DNA of 32,000 nt, from NCBI RefSeq assembly GCF_022493515.1, contig NZ_CP028755.1; one strand, given 5' to 3'. The number at the start of each line of letters is the position of its first letter. Positions within the stretch are counted from its first letter, which is position 1. This document shows, in pieces, positions 17,254 through 28,506 of this stretch. A program made the translations under genes and the position numbers. The notes beneath the pieces are model-generated. The model saw only the letters and a program-made list of their open reading frames with translations, made no database searches and had not been told where the DNA came from. This stretch comes from Escherichia coli. Its GTDB lineage: Bacteria > Pseudomonadota > Gammaproteobacteria > Enterobacterales > Enterobacteriaceae.

Positions 17254-17685
17254 TTAGGCGGCGTTAAACGCGTCCGGGTAGAGTTTCAGAATGTCGGCAA
17301 TTTCCTGCTGAGAAAGTCCGTTGTGATCATTTATGTTCGCAAGATGGTTAACATGAGTGATCACTTTCAGAACATCACCACGGCAGGAGAAACGGTAGCG
17401 AAGGTGTGTTCCGATACCATCAGGATTCTTTTCGTCGATACGCTCCAGAGTGATTCCAAGCTGGCGTTCTAACTCTGTTGCATAGTTACGACCAGAAGAC
17501 AGACGGCAGTAGCGAAGAATGTCATTTTCTGTCCATCCCTCTATACCAGTACGCAGCATATAGACTCGGGCGCGATGCTTTTTCGGTGTGCGCTTTGGTG
17601 CCTGAAGGGATTTTGTCAGGGGCGTAACATCAGATACGCGAATATCTGAATTAGCCGCCTGTAATGGGCGGTTTTTCTTTTCCAT
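17254..17685 (-). CDS. Hypothetical protein between AlpA and AntA/B-type gene
   Basis: 143-aa ORF, 1-nt overlap with alpA-like gene. Confidence 0.6.
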   Translation of the reverse strand: MEKKNRPLQAANSDIRVSDVTPLTKSLQAPKRTPKKHRARVYMLRTGIEGWTENDILRYCRLSSGRNYATELERQLGITLERIDEKNPDGIGTHLRYRFSCRGDVLKVITHVNHLANINDHNGLSQQEIADILKLYPDAFNAA

Positions 17686-17888
17686 CAGGCCACCTCGTCT
17701 CTAGATTCTAATATACACTTCTCAATCCATTCATCTATTTCAGACTCAACAAAAGCAATTGCCCGACTTCCAATTTTTACCTGTTTAGGGAACCTCCCCT
17801 GACTAATAAGACGATAAATCCACGCTTTGCTATAACCAGTTCGCCTTTGAACTTCAGAGAGACGAATTAATGAATTGTAATTAGCCAT
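17685..17888 (-). CDS. AlpA-family regulator/excisionase
   Basis: LIRLSEVQRRTGYSKAWIYRLISQGRFPKQVKIGSRAIAFVESEIDEWI. Confidence 0.92.
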   Translation of the reverse strand: MANYNSLIRLSEVQRRTGYSKAWIYRLISQGRFPKQVKIGSRAIAFVESEIDEWIEKCILESRDEVA

Positions 17889-17974
17889 TTATTAATATCC
17901 TGTACTAATGACGCAATAACCCCCTCCTGCAACGAATGGCGAGAGTTTTATTTGCGTCAAATGTCGAATACGCC

Positions 17975-18009
17975 AAAGACCACAATATGAAAAACATATT
18001 GCGGTCTTT
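17975..18009. promoter_or_regulatory. Long hairpin in alpA leader
   Basis: AAAGACCACAATATG-AAAAA-CATATTGCGGTCTTT, 14 of 15 bp paired. Confidence 0.6.
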
Positions 18010-18063
18010 TATAAAAGATAGTCAGATTGTTTTGGTTTGTTTGCTCCACAAAGATAGAGCTAC

Positions 18064-18363
18064 CCTGCATTTCGGCAGGATCACGCTGTTAGGCGTGACA
18101 TCCAGTAGTTTTAAAGAACGCCCTTTTTCAGGGCATGGTGGGCAGGCAAGAGAGCAATTGCGCTTTGTCAGCGCCGTAGATTCATATTTGAATCATTGTA
18201 TGTTTCCCGATAGAAATCTATCGGTCACTGCGGGACGAACCATCCCGCCCACATCAATGTTAAAGAGCAATTGCGCTTTGTCAGCGCTCCGCAGCCTCAT
18301 GGGTGAATCATTACATGCATTGTAAAGGTGCATGTATCCCTATTCTTTCCTGCATCAGGAAAG
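18064..18363 (-). ncRNA. Candidate P4 CI / P1 C4-like antisense immunity RNA region (RNA ends not determined)
   Basis: Two exact 24-bp direct repeats (18151-18174, 18264-18287), each with an internal hairpin, flank perfect hairpins at 18207-18224 and 18230-18248; further hairpins at 18064-18079, 18081-18098, 18120-18134, 18313-18335, 18345-18363; located upstream of alpA as in P4-type elements. Confidence 0.6.
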
Positions 18364-18543
18364 CACCAAAGGCTGTTAAAGAGCATCCAGCTTTTCAGCT
18401 GCGTAGAAGATTCCATCTTCGTTGTTAAAAGATCGATTGCCCTTCTCCAAGGCTAACTGTTAGTTAAATAGCAATCCTCTGTGAGTTTTTATCAATCTAC
18501 TCCCCTATACTTTAGTAAACCTCTGTATACTTGTCCAGTTGTT

Positions 18544-19758
18544 TCATGCGTGTTTTTCAAACACCATATGCACCACATTTCCGCCATGCTCGAGAGAATC
18601 CATATAGTCGGCATACCATTGAAGCATCTCCCGCCTTCCATCCAGATATTGCGCATGGTTGTATGTGCCACGAATTGAGTTCTTATCAACGTGAGCGAGC
18701 TGCGTTTCTATCCACGCAGTGTTATAGCCCTGCTCATGCAAAATCGTACTCATAGTGTGCCGGAACCCATGACCAGTTACACGTCCAGCGTAGCCAATGC
18801 GCTTAAACACTTGGTTTATGCTGGCCTCACTCATTGTTTTCCCTGGGTCATTGCGCCCGGGAAACATAAGAGGGTAATTGCCTGTTATTTCTCTAATCTT
18901 CCCAATAAGCGAAAGAGCCTGCTCAGACAATGGCACAATATGAGGCCGCCGCATTTTCATACGTGAAGCGGGTATCTCCCAGATAGCCTTGTTGAAATCA
19001 ATTTCATCCCATAATGCGCCACGTAGTTCGCCAGTCCGCAAGCCGGTGATAATCAGTAGACGAGCCGCCATAACAACCAATGCGCTTCCTGAGTAACTGG
19101 ACAATGCCTTAAAAAAATCAGGTAATTCTTTGGCTGTAAGGAAAGGGTAATGATTAGATTCATGGCCTTGCATCGCGCTAGTAAGGTCTGGTGCAGGGTT
19201 ATACTCTGCGCGACCAGTGACTATTGCATAGCGGAAAACTTCCCCGCACCGTTGCCTCACTTTTTTGGCTTTTTCTGTAGCACCGCGCCCCTCGATGCGA
19301 CGCAGCACATTCAGAAGTTCAAGTGGTTTGATTTCGGCGATTGGTTTTTTGCCAATGTAAGGGAACACATCTTTGTTGAAGGCTTCGAGGATGTCTGAAG
19401 CATAACCAGCAGACCATTTTTTTAATTTGCTGCTGTGCCACTCAAGGGCAATATCTTTGAAGGTATTGTTTAACTGCGTTTCCCGGGCAATCTTTTCCTC
19501 TCGTTTCGCTTCCATCGGATCGATACCACCAGCGATACCTCTTTTCGCATCTTCACGTTTTGCCCGAGCATCGGCTAGAGTAACCTCAGGATACACACCT
19601 AGTGCCAATAGCTTCTCTTTACCAGCTACACGATATTTAAGTCGCCAGTATTTACCTCCATTAGGTTTTACCAAGAGATACAAACCGCCACCATCGGCCA
19701 GCTTGTAAGCCTTCTCTTTTGGCTTGGCTGTGTCTATTTGACGGGCATTGAGTTTCAC
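18544..19758 (-). CDS. int: P4-type tyrosine recombinase/integrase
   Basis: 404 aa, DUF4102-like N-terminus (LADGGGLYLLVKPNGGKYWRLKYR), HGFRHTMSTILHEQG...HVDKNSIRGTYNHAQYL catalytic region; GTG start. Confidence 0.93.
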   Translation of the reverse strand: MKLNARQIDTAKPKEKAYKLADGGGLYLLVKPNGGKYWRLKYRVAGKEKLLALGVYPEVTLADARAKREDAKRGIAGGIDPMEAKREEKIARETQLNNTFKDIALEWHSSKLKKWSAGYASDILEAFNKDVFPYIGKKPIAEIKPLELLNVLRRIEGRGATEKAKKVRQRCGEVFRYAIVTGRAEYNPAPDLTSAMQGHESNHYPFLTAKELPDFFKALSSYSGSALVVMAARLLIITGLRTGELRGALWDEIDFNKAIWEIPASRMKMRRPHIVPLSEQALSLIGKIREITGNYPLMFPGRNDPGKTMSEASINQVFKRIGYAGRVTGHGFRHTMSTILHEQGYNTAWIETQLAHVDKNSIRGTYNHAQYLDGRREMLQWYADYMDSLEHGGNVVHMVFEKHA

Positions 19759-19789
19759 TTGGGGGTACCTCCACTAAACCGAACAGCAA

Positions 19790-19810
19790 ATACCCCCATA
19801 AGTACCCCCA
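19790..19810. repeat. Possible integrase arm-type site, int-proximal copy
   Basis: atacccccataagtaccccca; inverted GGGGGTAC at 19761-19768; direct repeat GACTTTAGTAGAC at 19831-19843 and 19894-19906. Confidence 0.5.
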
Positions 19811-19923
19811 TCTGACCGTAGATTTTGAGGGACTTTAGTAGACGTCAAAAGACGAATGGGGCTTTAATACGCGGATTATAAGGGGTTTTGAAAGACTTTA
19901 GTAGACTTGGGGAGATGTTTGAA

Positions 19924-19999
19924 TGGTGCCGATAATAGGAGTCGAACCTACGACCTTCGCATTACGAATGCGCTGCTCTACCAACTGAGCTATATCGGC
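19924..19999 (-). tRNA. thrW: tRNA-Thr (CGU), integration target
   Basis: Minus strand GCCGATATAGCTCAGTTGGTAGAGCAGCGCATTCGTAATGCGAAGGTCGTAGGTTCGACTCCTATTATCGGCACCA. Confidence 0.98.
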
Positions 20000-20113
20000 C
20001 CTGAAAGGACATGTTCACGAACGTGAATCACGGTGGACAAGGTTAAAACTAACCGGGCGATGCGTCAATGGCCTTGTGAATCAAATGGCTACTTTTGCAT
20101 CACCCGGTTTTAT

Positions 20114-21367
20114 TTACGCACGAATGGTGTAATCACCAATGCCGATCCACTTATAAGTGGTCAGAGCTTCCAGCCCCATTGGGCCGCGCGCGTGGAGTTT
20201 TTGTGTGCTTACCGCAACTTCCGCCCCCAGTCCAAACTGGCCGCCGTCGGTAAAACGCGTAGAGGCGTTAACGTAAACAGCGGAGGAATCCACTTCGTTA
20301 ACAAAACGCTGGGCGTTGCGCATATCGCGGGTCAGGATCGCATCGGAGTGTTGCGTGCCGTGTTCACGAATATGGGCAATGGCGTCATCCAGATCGCTAA
20401 CGATTTTGACGTTCAAATCTAATGACAGAAACTCATCGTCATACTCTTCGGCTTTAACAGCCACCACCTTCGCGGGGCCTGCCTGCAACTGCGCCAGCGC
20501 GGCTGCATCAGCGTGTAACGTCACGCCGCTTTCCGCCATTTGTTTGCTTAATGCGGGCATGAAGCTATCTGCGATGTTTTTATTTACCAGCAACGTTTCT
20601 ACCGTATTACATGTGCTCGGTCGCTGAGTTTTCGCGTTGACGATCACTTTTAATGCTTCAGCGATCTCTGCGCTTTCATCAACGTAAATATGGCATACGC
20701 CTATACCGCCTGTGATCACCGGGATTGTCGACTGCTCGCGGCACAGTTTATGCAAACCAGCCCCACCGCGCGGGATCAGCATGTCGATGTATTTATCCAT
20801 ACGCAGCATTTCACTGACCAGCGCACGGTCAGGATTATCAATTGCCTGCACGGCACCCGCCGGTAAGCCGCAGGATTTCAGGGCGTCCTGAATCACCGCT
20901 ACCGTTGCAGCGTTAGTGCGACAGGTTTCTTTGCCGCCGCGCAGGATCACTGCGTTACCGGTTTTCAGGCACAGGGAAGCAACATCAACCGTCACGTTCG
21001 GGCGCGCTTCATAAATCACGCCAATCACCCCCAGCGGCACGCGACGACGCTCAAGACGCAGGCCGCTGTCCAGTACGCCGCCATCGATTACCTGCCCCAC
21101 AGGATCGGCGAGATTGCACACCTGGCGCACATCGTCGGCAATGCCTTTCAGCCGTGCGGGCGTCAGTGCCAGACGGTCAAGCATCGCTTCGCTAAGGCCA
21201 TTGGCACGCGCGTCTGCAACATCCTGTGCGTTAGCGTTGAGGATGCTTTCGCTTTGTGCTTCCAGTTCATCGGCGATTTTTTCCAGCACACGATTTTTTT
21301 CGCGGCTGGAGAGTTGCGCTAATTTATAAGAGGCTTGCTTCGCGGCAATGCCCATTTGTTCCAGCAT
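20114..21367 (-). CDS. proA: Gamma-glutamyl phosphate reductase
   Basis: 417 aa [21 protein letters not shown]... Confidence 0.98.
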   Translation of the reverse strand: MLEQMGIAAKQASYKLAQLSSREKNRVLEKIADELEAQSESILNANAQDVADARANGLSEAMLDRLALTPARLKGIADDVRQVCNLADPVGQVIDGGVLDSGLRLERRRVPLGVIGVIYEARPNVTVDVASLCLKTGNAVILRGGKETCRTNAATVAVIQDALKSCGLPAGAVQAIDNPDRALVSEMLRMDKYIDMLIPRGGAGLHKLCREQSTIPVITGGIGVCHIYVDESAEIAEALKVIVNAKTQRPSTCNTVETLLVNKNIADSFMPALSKQMAESGVTLHADAAALAQLQAGPAKVVAVKAEEYDDEFLSLDLNVKIVSDLDDAIAHIREHGTQHSDAILTRDMRNAQRFVNEVDSSAVYVNASTRFTDGGQFGLGAEVAVSTQKLHARGPMGLEALTTYKWIGIGDYTIRA

Positions 21368-21378
21368 CGGCCAGCTCC

Positions 21379-22482
21379 TTAACGGGTAATCATGTCATCA
21401 CGGTGAACGGCAACCGGGCCGTATTCATATCCCAGTATTGCATCAATTTCTTGCGAGTGGTGTCCGGCAATACGGCGTAATGCATCGCTGTTGTAACGAC
21501 TGACGCCGTGGGCGATATCGCGACCTTCGAGGTTGCAAATGCGGATGACTTCACCACGCGAGAAGTTGCCAGTCACGCTTTTAATGCCTTTCGGCAACAG
21601 GGAGCTGCCGCGTTCAAGAATGGCGGCGGTTGCCCCTTCATCTACCGTGATTTCACCCGCCGGCGGCGCACCGAAAATCCAGCGTTTGCGGTTTTCAAGC
21701 GGAGTCGCCTGGGCATGGAACAACGTACCGACGGAGATGCCTTCCATCACATCACCAATAACGCCCGGCTTGCTGCCCGCGGCAATAATGGTGTCGATAC
21801 CCGCACGGCAAGCCACGTCTGCGGCCTGCAATTTGGTACTCATGCCGCCAGTTCCGAGGCCTGAAACGCTGTCACCGGCAATCGCGCGCAGTGCGTCATC
21901 AATGCCGTAAACATCTTTAATCAGTTCTGCCTGCGGATTGCTGCGCGGGTCAGCGGTATACAAACCTTTTTGATCGGTCAGCAGCAACAGTTTATCGGCA
22001 CCCGCCAGAATCGCCGCCAGCGCAGAAAGATTGTCGTTATCGCCGACCTTAATCTCTGCCGTAGCAACAGCATCGTTCTCATTGATTACCGGAACGATAT
22101 TGTTATCGAGCAACGCACGCAGGGTGTCGCGGGCGTTCAGGAAGCGTTCACGATCTTCCATATCAGCACGGGTCAGCAGCATTTGCCCGACGTGAATGCC
22201 ATAAATCGAAAACAGCTGTTCCCACAGTTGAATCAGTCGACTCTGCCCTACCGCCGCCAGCAGTTGTTTCGAGGCGATAGTCGCTGGCAGTTCCGGGTAA
22301 CCCAGGTGCTCACGTCCGGCGGCGATCGCGCCCGACGTCACAATAACAATCCGATGCCCGGCGGCATGTAACTGCGCGCACTGGCGAACAAGTTCAACGA
22401 TATGGGCACGGTTCAGGCGGCGCGATCCGCCTGTTAGCACACTGGTGCCGAGTTTTACCACCAGCGTCTGGCTGTCACTCAT
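21379..22482 (-). CDS. proB: Glutamate 5-kinase
   Basis: 367 aa from [19 protein letters not shown] (start 22482, internal to ORF-track ORF). Confidence 0.97.
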
Positions 22483-22670
22483 GATTCTCTGCCATTCAAT
22501 TTTAGGAAAAATGATATCAAACGAACGTTTTAGCAGGACTGTCGTCGGTTGCCAACCATCTGCAAGCAAAGCATGGCGTTTTGTTGCGCGGGATCAGCAA
22601 GCGTAGCGGCAGTTGTTTACGCTTTTATTACAGATTTAATAAATTACCACATTTTAAGAATATCATTAAT

Positions 22671-22688
22671 CTGTAATATATCTTTAAC
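22671..22688 (+). promoter_or_regulatory. Pho box upstream of phoE
   Basis: CTGTAATATATCTTTAAC. Confidence 0.75.
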
Positions 22689-22769
22689 AATCTCAGGTTA
22701 AAAACTTTCCTGTTTTCAACGGGGCTCTCCCGCTGAATATTCGCGCGTTAATTAAAATCAGGAATGAAA

Positions 22770-23825
22770 ATGAAAAAGAGCACTCTGGCATTAGTGGTGA
22801 TGGGCATTGTGGCATCTGCATCCGTACAGGCCGCAGAAATATATAACAAAGACGGTAATAAACTGGATGTCTATGGCAAAGTTAAAGCCATGCATTATAT
22901 TAGTGATAACGACAGTAAAGATGGCGACCAGAGTTATATCCGTTTTGGTTTTAAAGGCGAAACACAAATTAACGATCAACTGACGGGTTATGGTCGCTGG
23001 GAAGCAGAGTTTGCCGGTAATAAAGCGGAGAGTGATACTGCACAGCAAAAAACGCGTCTCGCTTTTGCCGGGTTGAAATATAAAGATTTGGGTTCTTTCG
23101 ATTATGGTCGTAACCTGGGCGCGTTGTATGACGTGGAAGCCTGGACCGATATGTTCCCGGAATTTGGTGGCGACTCCTCCGCACAGACCGATAACTTTAT
23201 GACCAAACGCGCCAGCGGTCTGGCGACGTATCGGAACACCGACTTCTTCGGCGTTATCGATGGTCTGAACTTAACCCTGCAATATCAAGGGAAAAACGAA
23301 AACCGCGACGTTAAAAAGCAAAACGGCGATGGCTTCGGCACGTCATTGACATATGACTTTGGTGGCAGCGATTTCGCCATCAGTGGAGCCTATACCAACT
23401 CTGATCGCACCAGCGAGCAGAACCTGCAAAGCCGTGGCACAGGCAAGCGTGCAGAAGCATGGGCAACAGGTCTGAAATACGATGCCAATAATATTTATCT
23501 GGCAACTTTCTATTCTGAAACACGTAAAATGACGCCAATCTCTGGCGGCTTTGCCAATAAGACGCAGAACTTTGAAGCGGTCGCTCAATACCAGTTTGAC
23601 TTTGGTCTGCGTCCATCGCTGGGTTATGTCTTATCGAAAGGGAAAGATATTGAGGGCATCGGTGATGAAGATCTGGTCAATTATGTCGATGTTGGTGCTA
23701 CGTATTATTTCAACAAAAATATGTCAGCGTTTGTTGATTATAAAATCAACCAACTGGATAGCGATAACAAATTGAATATTAATAATGATGATATTGTCGC
23801 GGTTGGCATGACCTATCAGTTTTAA
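22770..23825 (+). CDS. phoE: Outer membrane phosphoporin PhoE
   Basis: 351 aa [38 protein letters not shown]... Confidence 0.98.
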   Translation: MKKSTLALVVMGIVASASVQAAEIYNKDGNKLDVYGKVKAMHYISDNDSKDGDQSYIRFGFKGETQINDQLTGYGRWEAEFAGNKAESDTAQQKTRLAFAGLKYKDLGSFDYGRNLGALYDVEAWTDMFPEFGGDSSAQTDNFMTKRASGLATYRNTDFFGVIDGLNLTLQYQGKNENRDVKKQNGDGFGTSLTYDFGGSDFAISGAYTNSDRTSEQNLQSRGTGKRAEAWATGLKYDANNIYLATFYSETRKMTPISGGFANKTQNFEAVAQYQFDFGLRPSLGYVLSKGKDIEGIGDEDLVNYVDVGATYYFNKNMSAFVDYKINQLDSDNKLNINNDDIVAVGMTYQF

Positions 23826-23832
23826 TGGATAT

Positions 23833-23855
23833 TGCCGGATGTGATGCATCCGGCA
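23833..23855. repeat. REP-like palindrome / terminator after phoE
   Basis: TGCCGGATGTGATGCATCCGGCA. Confidence 0.7.
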
Positions 23856-23863
23856 CATTTCAT

Positions 23864-24322
<459 letters not shown>

Positions 24323-25567
24323 TTAACACAAACGTTTTTCGATCCAGTCTGTGATTTCCTGAAGGCCTTTGTCAAAATTCCGATACACCGGGTTAAATGG
24401 GATCTCTAATAATTTACCGTCAGCAGATGACGACGTGATTAAGCGTGAGTCCTCTTCCGGGCTGAACGGATCGTTCTTCCAGTAGCCTGATAACATTGGC
24501 GTTGGGCAGCGACGTCCCAGCAATCCTTGCACTTTTAATGAATAGCGATTCAACTCCACTCGCAACGCTTCATCGGAAGCATCATGCATCCCTAAACGAC
24601 TGGCCAGAACGTCAAGATACATTTCCGGCACCTGTTGCTGGCACTTAAAATCACTCAACAGGGTATGAACTACCGGACCAAGACAGGCAACCACTTTCAG
24701 ACGCGGCGATTCAAGGTATGCCAGACGCACGGCAACGTTAGCGCCGAAACGGAAACCAAAGGCCGCGACGCGAGTGTGATCCACCCACGGTACGTTAGGC
24801 AGCGCCTTTAAAACGTGCTGATGCAACAGGCTGGAGTCCTGGGTGAGCTTCCATTTTGAAGAAAAGCCCACCGACGGCATATCAATAGTCAGCATAGCAA
24901 TGCCGCGCGGCGCAAAATAACGTTCATACAGGCTGTAATAGTCCGTCTGCATCGCATCCAGACCACCACACATTAATACTGTCGGGAACGGGCCATCGCC
25001 TTTCGGCATATGCAAAAAGCCGGTGATGGGCGCACCGCCGGGTACGGTAAACTCCATCTGTCGCATCGTGCCCGGCAGACGCTGAGCGGCCTCTTCATAG
25101 GCGCGGTTTGACAAAGCCTGCGCTTGCTCGGCCAGGTCATCTCCTTTCAGATGAGGATAGGCAGCAATGTTGTACAACGTAGCCGCATGCAGCCAGTGTC
25201 GACCGCTGAGTTGCGGATCTTCTTCCGCACAGGCTTTTTGTTGCCACACCATCGCCTGGGTAGCCCACTCATAAATCCAGTTGCCGCCGCGGTAGCCAAT
25301 CACCGTATCGTATAAATCATCGTCGGTACGTTCGGCATCGCTCATCACAATACGCGCCTGGACGTCGAGGATTTCACGGGGGTCAATGCCGCGCCAGATC
25401 CACATCAGACGGTTAATCATGCGATACCAGTGAGGGATGGTTTTACCATCAAGGGCCGACTGCACAGGCGGTTGTGCGCCGTGACTAAAGCGGCGGACTA
25501 GCGTCGAGGTTTCAGGATGTTTAAAGCGGGGTTTGAACAGGGTTTCGCTCAGGTTTGCCTGTGTCAT
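24323..25567 (-). CDS. frsA: Esterase FrsA
   Basis: 414 aa [27 protein letters not shown]... Confidence 0.97.
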   Translation of the reverse strand: MTQANLSETLFKPRFKHPETSTLVRRFSHGAQPPVQSALDGKTIPHWYRMINRLMWIWRGIDPREILDVQARIVMSDAERTDDDLYDTVIGYRGGNWIYEWATQAMVWQQKACAEEDPQLSGRHWLHAATLYNIAAYPHLKGDDLAEQAQALSNRAYEEAAQRLPGTMRQMEFTVPGGAPITGFLHMPKGDGPFPTVLMCGGLDAMQTDYYSLYERYFAPRGIAMLTIDMPSVGFSSKWKLTQDSSLLHQHVLKALPNVPWVDHTRVAAFGFRFGANVAVRLAYLESPRLKVVACLGPVVHTLLSDFKCQQQVPEMYLDVLASRLGMHDASDEALRVELNRYSLKVQGLLGRRCPTPMLSGYWKNDPFSPEEDSRLITSSSADGKLLEIPFNPVYRNFDKGLQEITDWIEKRLC

Positions 25568-25658
25568 GGATGCAGCCTCCAGAATACTTACTGGAAACTA
25601 TTGTAACCCGCCTGAAGTTAAAAAGAACAACGCCCGGCAGTGCCAGGCGTTGAAAAGA

Positions 25659-26117
25659 TTAGCGACCGGAGATTGGCGGGACGAATACGACGCCCATATC
25701 CCACGGCTGTTCGATCCAGGTATTTTGCGGGATATCAACAACATAATCATCAACCAGCGGACGACCAGCCGGTTTTGCGAAGATGGTGACAAAGTGCGCT
25801 TTTGGATACATTTCACGAATCGCAACCGCAGTACCACCGGTATCTACCAGGTCATCAATAACGATGAAGCCTTCGCCATCGCCTTCTGCGCGTTTCAGCA
25901 CTTTAAGCTCGCGCTGGTTGTCGTGATCGTAGCTGGAAATACAAACGGTATCGACATGACGAATACCCAGTTCACGCGCCAGTAACGCACCCGGTACCAG
26001 ACCGCCACGGCTTACGGCAATAATGCCTTTCCATTGTTCAGAAGGCATCAGTCGGCTTGCGAGTTTACGTGCATGGATCTGCAACATGTCCCAGGTGACG
26101 ATGTATTTTTCGCTCAT
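25659..26117 (-). CDS. gpt: Xanthine-guanine phosphoribosyltransferase
   Basis: 152 aa [23 protein letters not shown]... Confidence 0.98.
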   Translation of the reverse strand: MSEKYIVTWDMLQIHARKLASRLMPSEQWKGIIAVSRGGLVPGALLARELGIRHVDTVCISSYDHDNQRELKVLKRAEGDGEGFIVIDDLVDTGGTAVAIREMYPKAHFVTIFAKPAGRPLVDDYVVDIPQNTWIEQPWDMGVVFVPPISGR

Positions 26118-26377
26118 GTGAAGTGTCCCAGCCTGTTTATCTACGGCTTAAAAAGTGTTCGAGGGGAAAATAGGTTGCGCGAGATTATAGAGATCTGGCG
26201 CACTAAAAACCAGTATTTCACATGAGTCCGCGTCTTTTTACGCACTGCCTCTCCCTGACGCGGGATAAAGTGGTATTCTCAAACATATCTCGCAAGCCTG
26301 TCTTGTGTTGACAACATTTTCTGCTAACCCTGTGACCTGCAATACTGTTTTGCGGGTGATCGACAAGGAGACTTAAC

Positions 26378-27835
26378 GTGTCTGAACTGTCTCAATTATC
26401 TCCACAGCCGCTGTGGGATATTTTTGCCAAAATCTGTTCTATTCCTCACCCGTCCTATCATGAAGAGCAACTCGCTGAATACATTGTTGGTTGGGCAAAA
26501 GAGAAAGGTTTCCATGTCGAACGCGATCAGGTAGGTAATATCCTGATTCGTAAACCTGCTACCGCAGGTATGGAAAATCGTAAACCGGTCGTCTTGCAGG
26601 CCCACCTCGATATGGTGCCGCAAAAAAATAACGACACCGTGCATGACTTCACTAAAGATCCTATCCAGCCTTATATTGATGGCGAATGGGTTAAAGCACG
26701 CGGCACCACGCTGGGTGCGGATAACGGCATTGGTATGGCCTCTGCACTGGCGGTTCTGGCTGACGAAAACGTGGTTCACGGCCCGCTGGAAGTGCTGCTG
26801 ACCATGACCGAAGAAGCCGGTATGGACGGTGCTTTTGGCTTACAGAGCAACTGGTTGCAGGCTGATATTCTGATTAACACCGACTCCGAAGAAGAAGGTG
26901 AAATCTACATGGGTTGTGCGGGAGGTATCGACTTCACCTCCAACCTGCATTTAGATCGTGAAGCGGTTCCAGCTGGTTTTGAAACCTTCAAGTTAACCTT
27001 AAAAGGTCTGAAAGGCGGTCACTCCGGCGGTGAAATCCACGTTGGCCTGGGTAATGCCAACAAACTGTTGGTGCGCTTCCTGGCGGGTCATGCAGAAGAA
27101 CTGGACCTGCGTCTTATTGATTTCAACGGCGGCACACTGCGTAACGCCATCCCGCGTGAAGCCTTTGCGACCATTGCTGTCGCAGCTGATAAAGTCGACG
27201 CCCTGAAATCTCTGGTGGATACCTATCAGGAGATCCTGAAAAACGAACTGGCAGAGAAAGAGAAAAATCTGGCATTGCTGCTGGACTCTGTTGCGAACGA
27301 TAAAGCTGCCCTGATTGCGAAATCTCGCGATACCTTTATTCGTCTGCTGAACGCCACCCCGAACGGTGTGATCCGCAACTCCGACGTGGCAAAAGGTGTG
27401 GTCGAAACCTCCCTGAACGTCGGTGTGGTGACCATGACCGACAATAACGTAGAAATTCACTGCCTGATCCGTTCTCTGATCGACAGCGGTAAAGACTACG
27501 TAGTGAGCATGCTGGATTCGCTGGGTAAACTGGCAGGTGCGAAAACCGAAGCAAAAGGCGCATATCCTGGCTGGCAGCCGGACGCTAACTCTCCGGTAAT
27601 GCATCTGGTACGTGAAACCTATCAGCGTCTGTTCAACAAAACGCCGAACATCCAGATTATCCACGCGGGCCTCGAATGTGGCCTGTTCAAAAAACCGTAT
27701 CCGGAAATGGACATGGTGTCTATCGGGCCAACCATCACCGGTCCACACTCCCCGGATGAGCAAGTTCATATCGAAAGCGTTGGCCATTACTGGACACTGC
27801 TGACTGAACTGCTGAAAGAAATTCCGGCGAAGTAA
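26378..27835 (+). CDS. pepD: Aminoacyl-histidine dipeptidase
   Basis: 485 aa MSELSQLSPQPLWDIFAKICSIPHPSYHEEQ... Confidence 0.98.
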   Translation: MSELSQLSPQPLWDIFAKICSIPHPSYHEEQLAEYIVGWAKEKGFHVERDQVGNILIRKPATAGMENRKPVVLQAHLDMVPQKNNDTVHDFTKDPIQPYIDGEWVKARGTTLGADNGIGMASALAVLADENVVHGPLEVLLTMTEEAGMDGAFGLQSNWLQADILINTDSEEEGEIYMGCAGGIDFTSNLHLDREAVPAGFETFKLTLKGLKGGHSGGEIHVGLGNANKLLVRFLAGHAEELDLRLIDFNGGTLRNAIPREAFATIAVAADKVDALKSLVDTYQEILKNELAEKEKNLALLLDSVANDKAALIAKSRDTFIRLLNATPNGVIRNSDVAKGVVETSLNVGVVTMTDNNVEIHCLIRSLIDSGKDYVVSMLDSLGKLAGAKTEAKGAYPGWQPDANSPVMHLVRETYQRLFNKTPNIQIIHAGLECGLFKKPYPEMDMVSIGPTITGPHSPDEQVHIESVGHYWTLLTELLKEIPAK

Positions 27836-27847
27836 TTATTTGATTTG

Positions 27848-27879
27848 CTGCCGGATGGCGTTTAATCGCCTTCCGGCAG
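27848..27879. repeat. REP-like element between pepD and prfH
   Basis: CTGCCGGATGGCGTTTAATCGCCTTCCGGCAG. Confidence 0.75.
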
Positions 27880-27891
27880 TTTCATCCTTCA

Positions 27892-28506
27892 TTACCCTTC
27901 GATAAAAGCCATCCCTGTAAACGTTCGTCGCGGGTTGCCACGTTCAATCTGGTGATGGAACATTCGCCGCTGCGATTTCAGCGCCGCGCTATTTTCCTGT
28001 TGCTGTTGTTCCAGCTTCCAGGCAATCAGTAATCGCGCCAGCCGTTTGTTAGCATGCTGACTGCGCTCTGACTGAACCTTCACGCTAATACCGGATGCCA
28101 GATGCGTGGCGCGTACCGCCGAGTCGGTTTTATTGACATGTTGACCGCCCGGCCCCGACGAACGCAGCGTCTCATAACGGATTGCATCCGATTGTTCCTG
28201 CTCATCAGCGGTAAAACGCCCAATGCCCAGAAACCAGTTTTTGCGCCCATGATGAGGCCGATACGGACTCGGACAAATCCACTGAATAGTGCCGCACCAG
28301 CTTTCGCTTAGAGCCCATGCGTTATCGCCATCCAGAGAAATCAGCGCCGAACGCAGTGTGTCAGAGTAGCGACCCGTTTCTGTTTCCAGCACCGTTACCG
28401 CGACGTCCTGTCGGGTAGCTTCTTTAATCAGCCTGTCCAGTGCTTTTCTCACTGCGAGACAACATTCTTCCGGCCCCTGAGCAGAGGAGAGTTGTAGCAA
28501 GATCAT
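27892..28506 (-). CDS. prfH: Peptide chain release factor homolog PrfH, full length
   Basis: 204 aa from [15 protein letters not shown]...; [21 protein letters not shown] contains the GGQ motif; ATGA overlap with upstream RtcB-like gene. Confidence 0.93.

Larger units (their letters stand above)
1590..19940. mobile_element. ~18.3 kb P4-like/PICI-like satellite element integrated in thrW, carrying a P22-like ejection-protein cassette
   Basis: thrW 3' end plus tyrosine integrase at right; degraded copy of the thrW 3' end at left (AATGGTGC-GATAATAGGA); near-identical GTACCCCC motifs at both ends; AlpA, Ash/Icd-like, primase/DUF927, PerC family and P22-like proteins inside. Confidence 0.88.

Noticed and set aside
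17936-18325. 129-aa plus-strand ORF
   Set aside because: Runs entirely through the hairpin/direct-repeat region upstream of alpA and has no recognisable protein character.
1590-19940. Complete P22-like prophage
   Set aside because: Only gp14/7/20/16-like genes are present; terminase, portal, coat, tail, lysis and lambdoid early genes are not visible, and the control region is P4-like.
20033-22371. Plus-strand ORFs opposite proA/proB
   Set aside because: Antisense to well-recognised host genes; expected shadow frames in GC-rich coding DNA.
23833-23855. Novel palindrome after phoE
   Set aside because: Matches the common REP/terminator-like TGCCGGAT...ATCCGGCA sequence of E. coli.
26996-27787. 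262-aa minus-strand ORF inside pepD
   Set aside because: Shadow ORF of the pepD coding sequence with no independent support.
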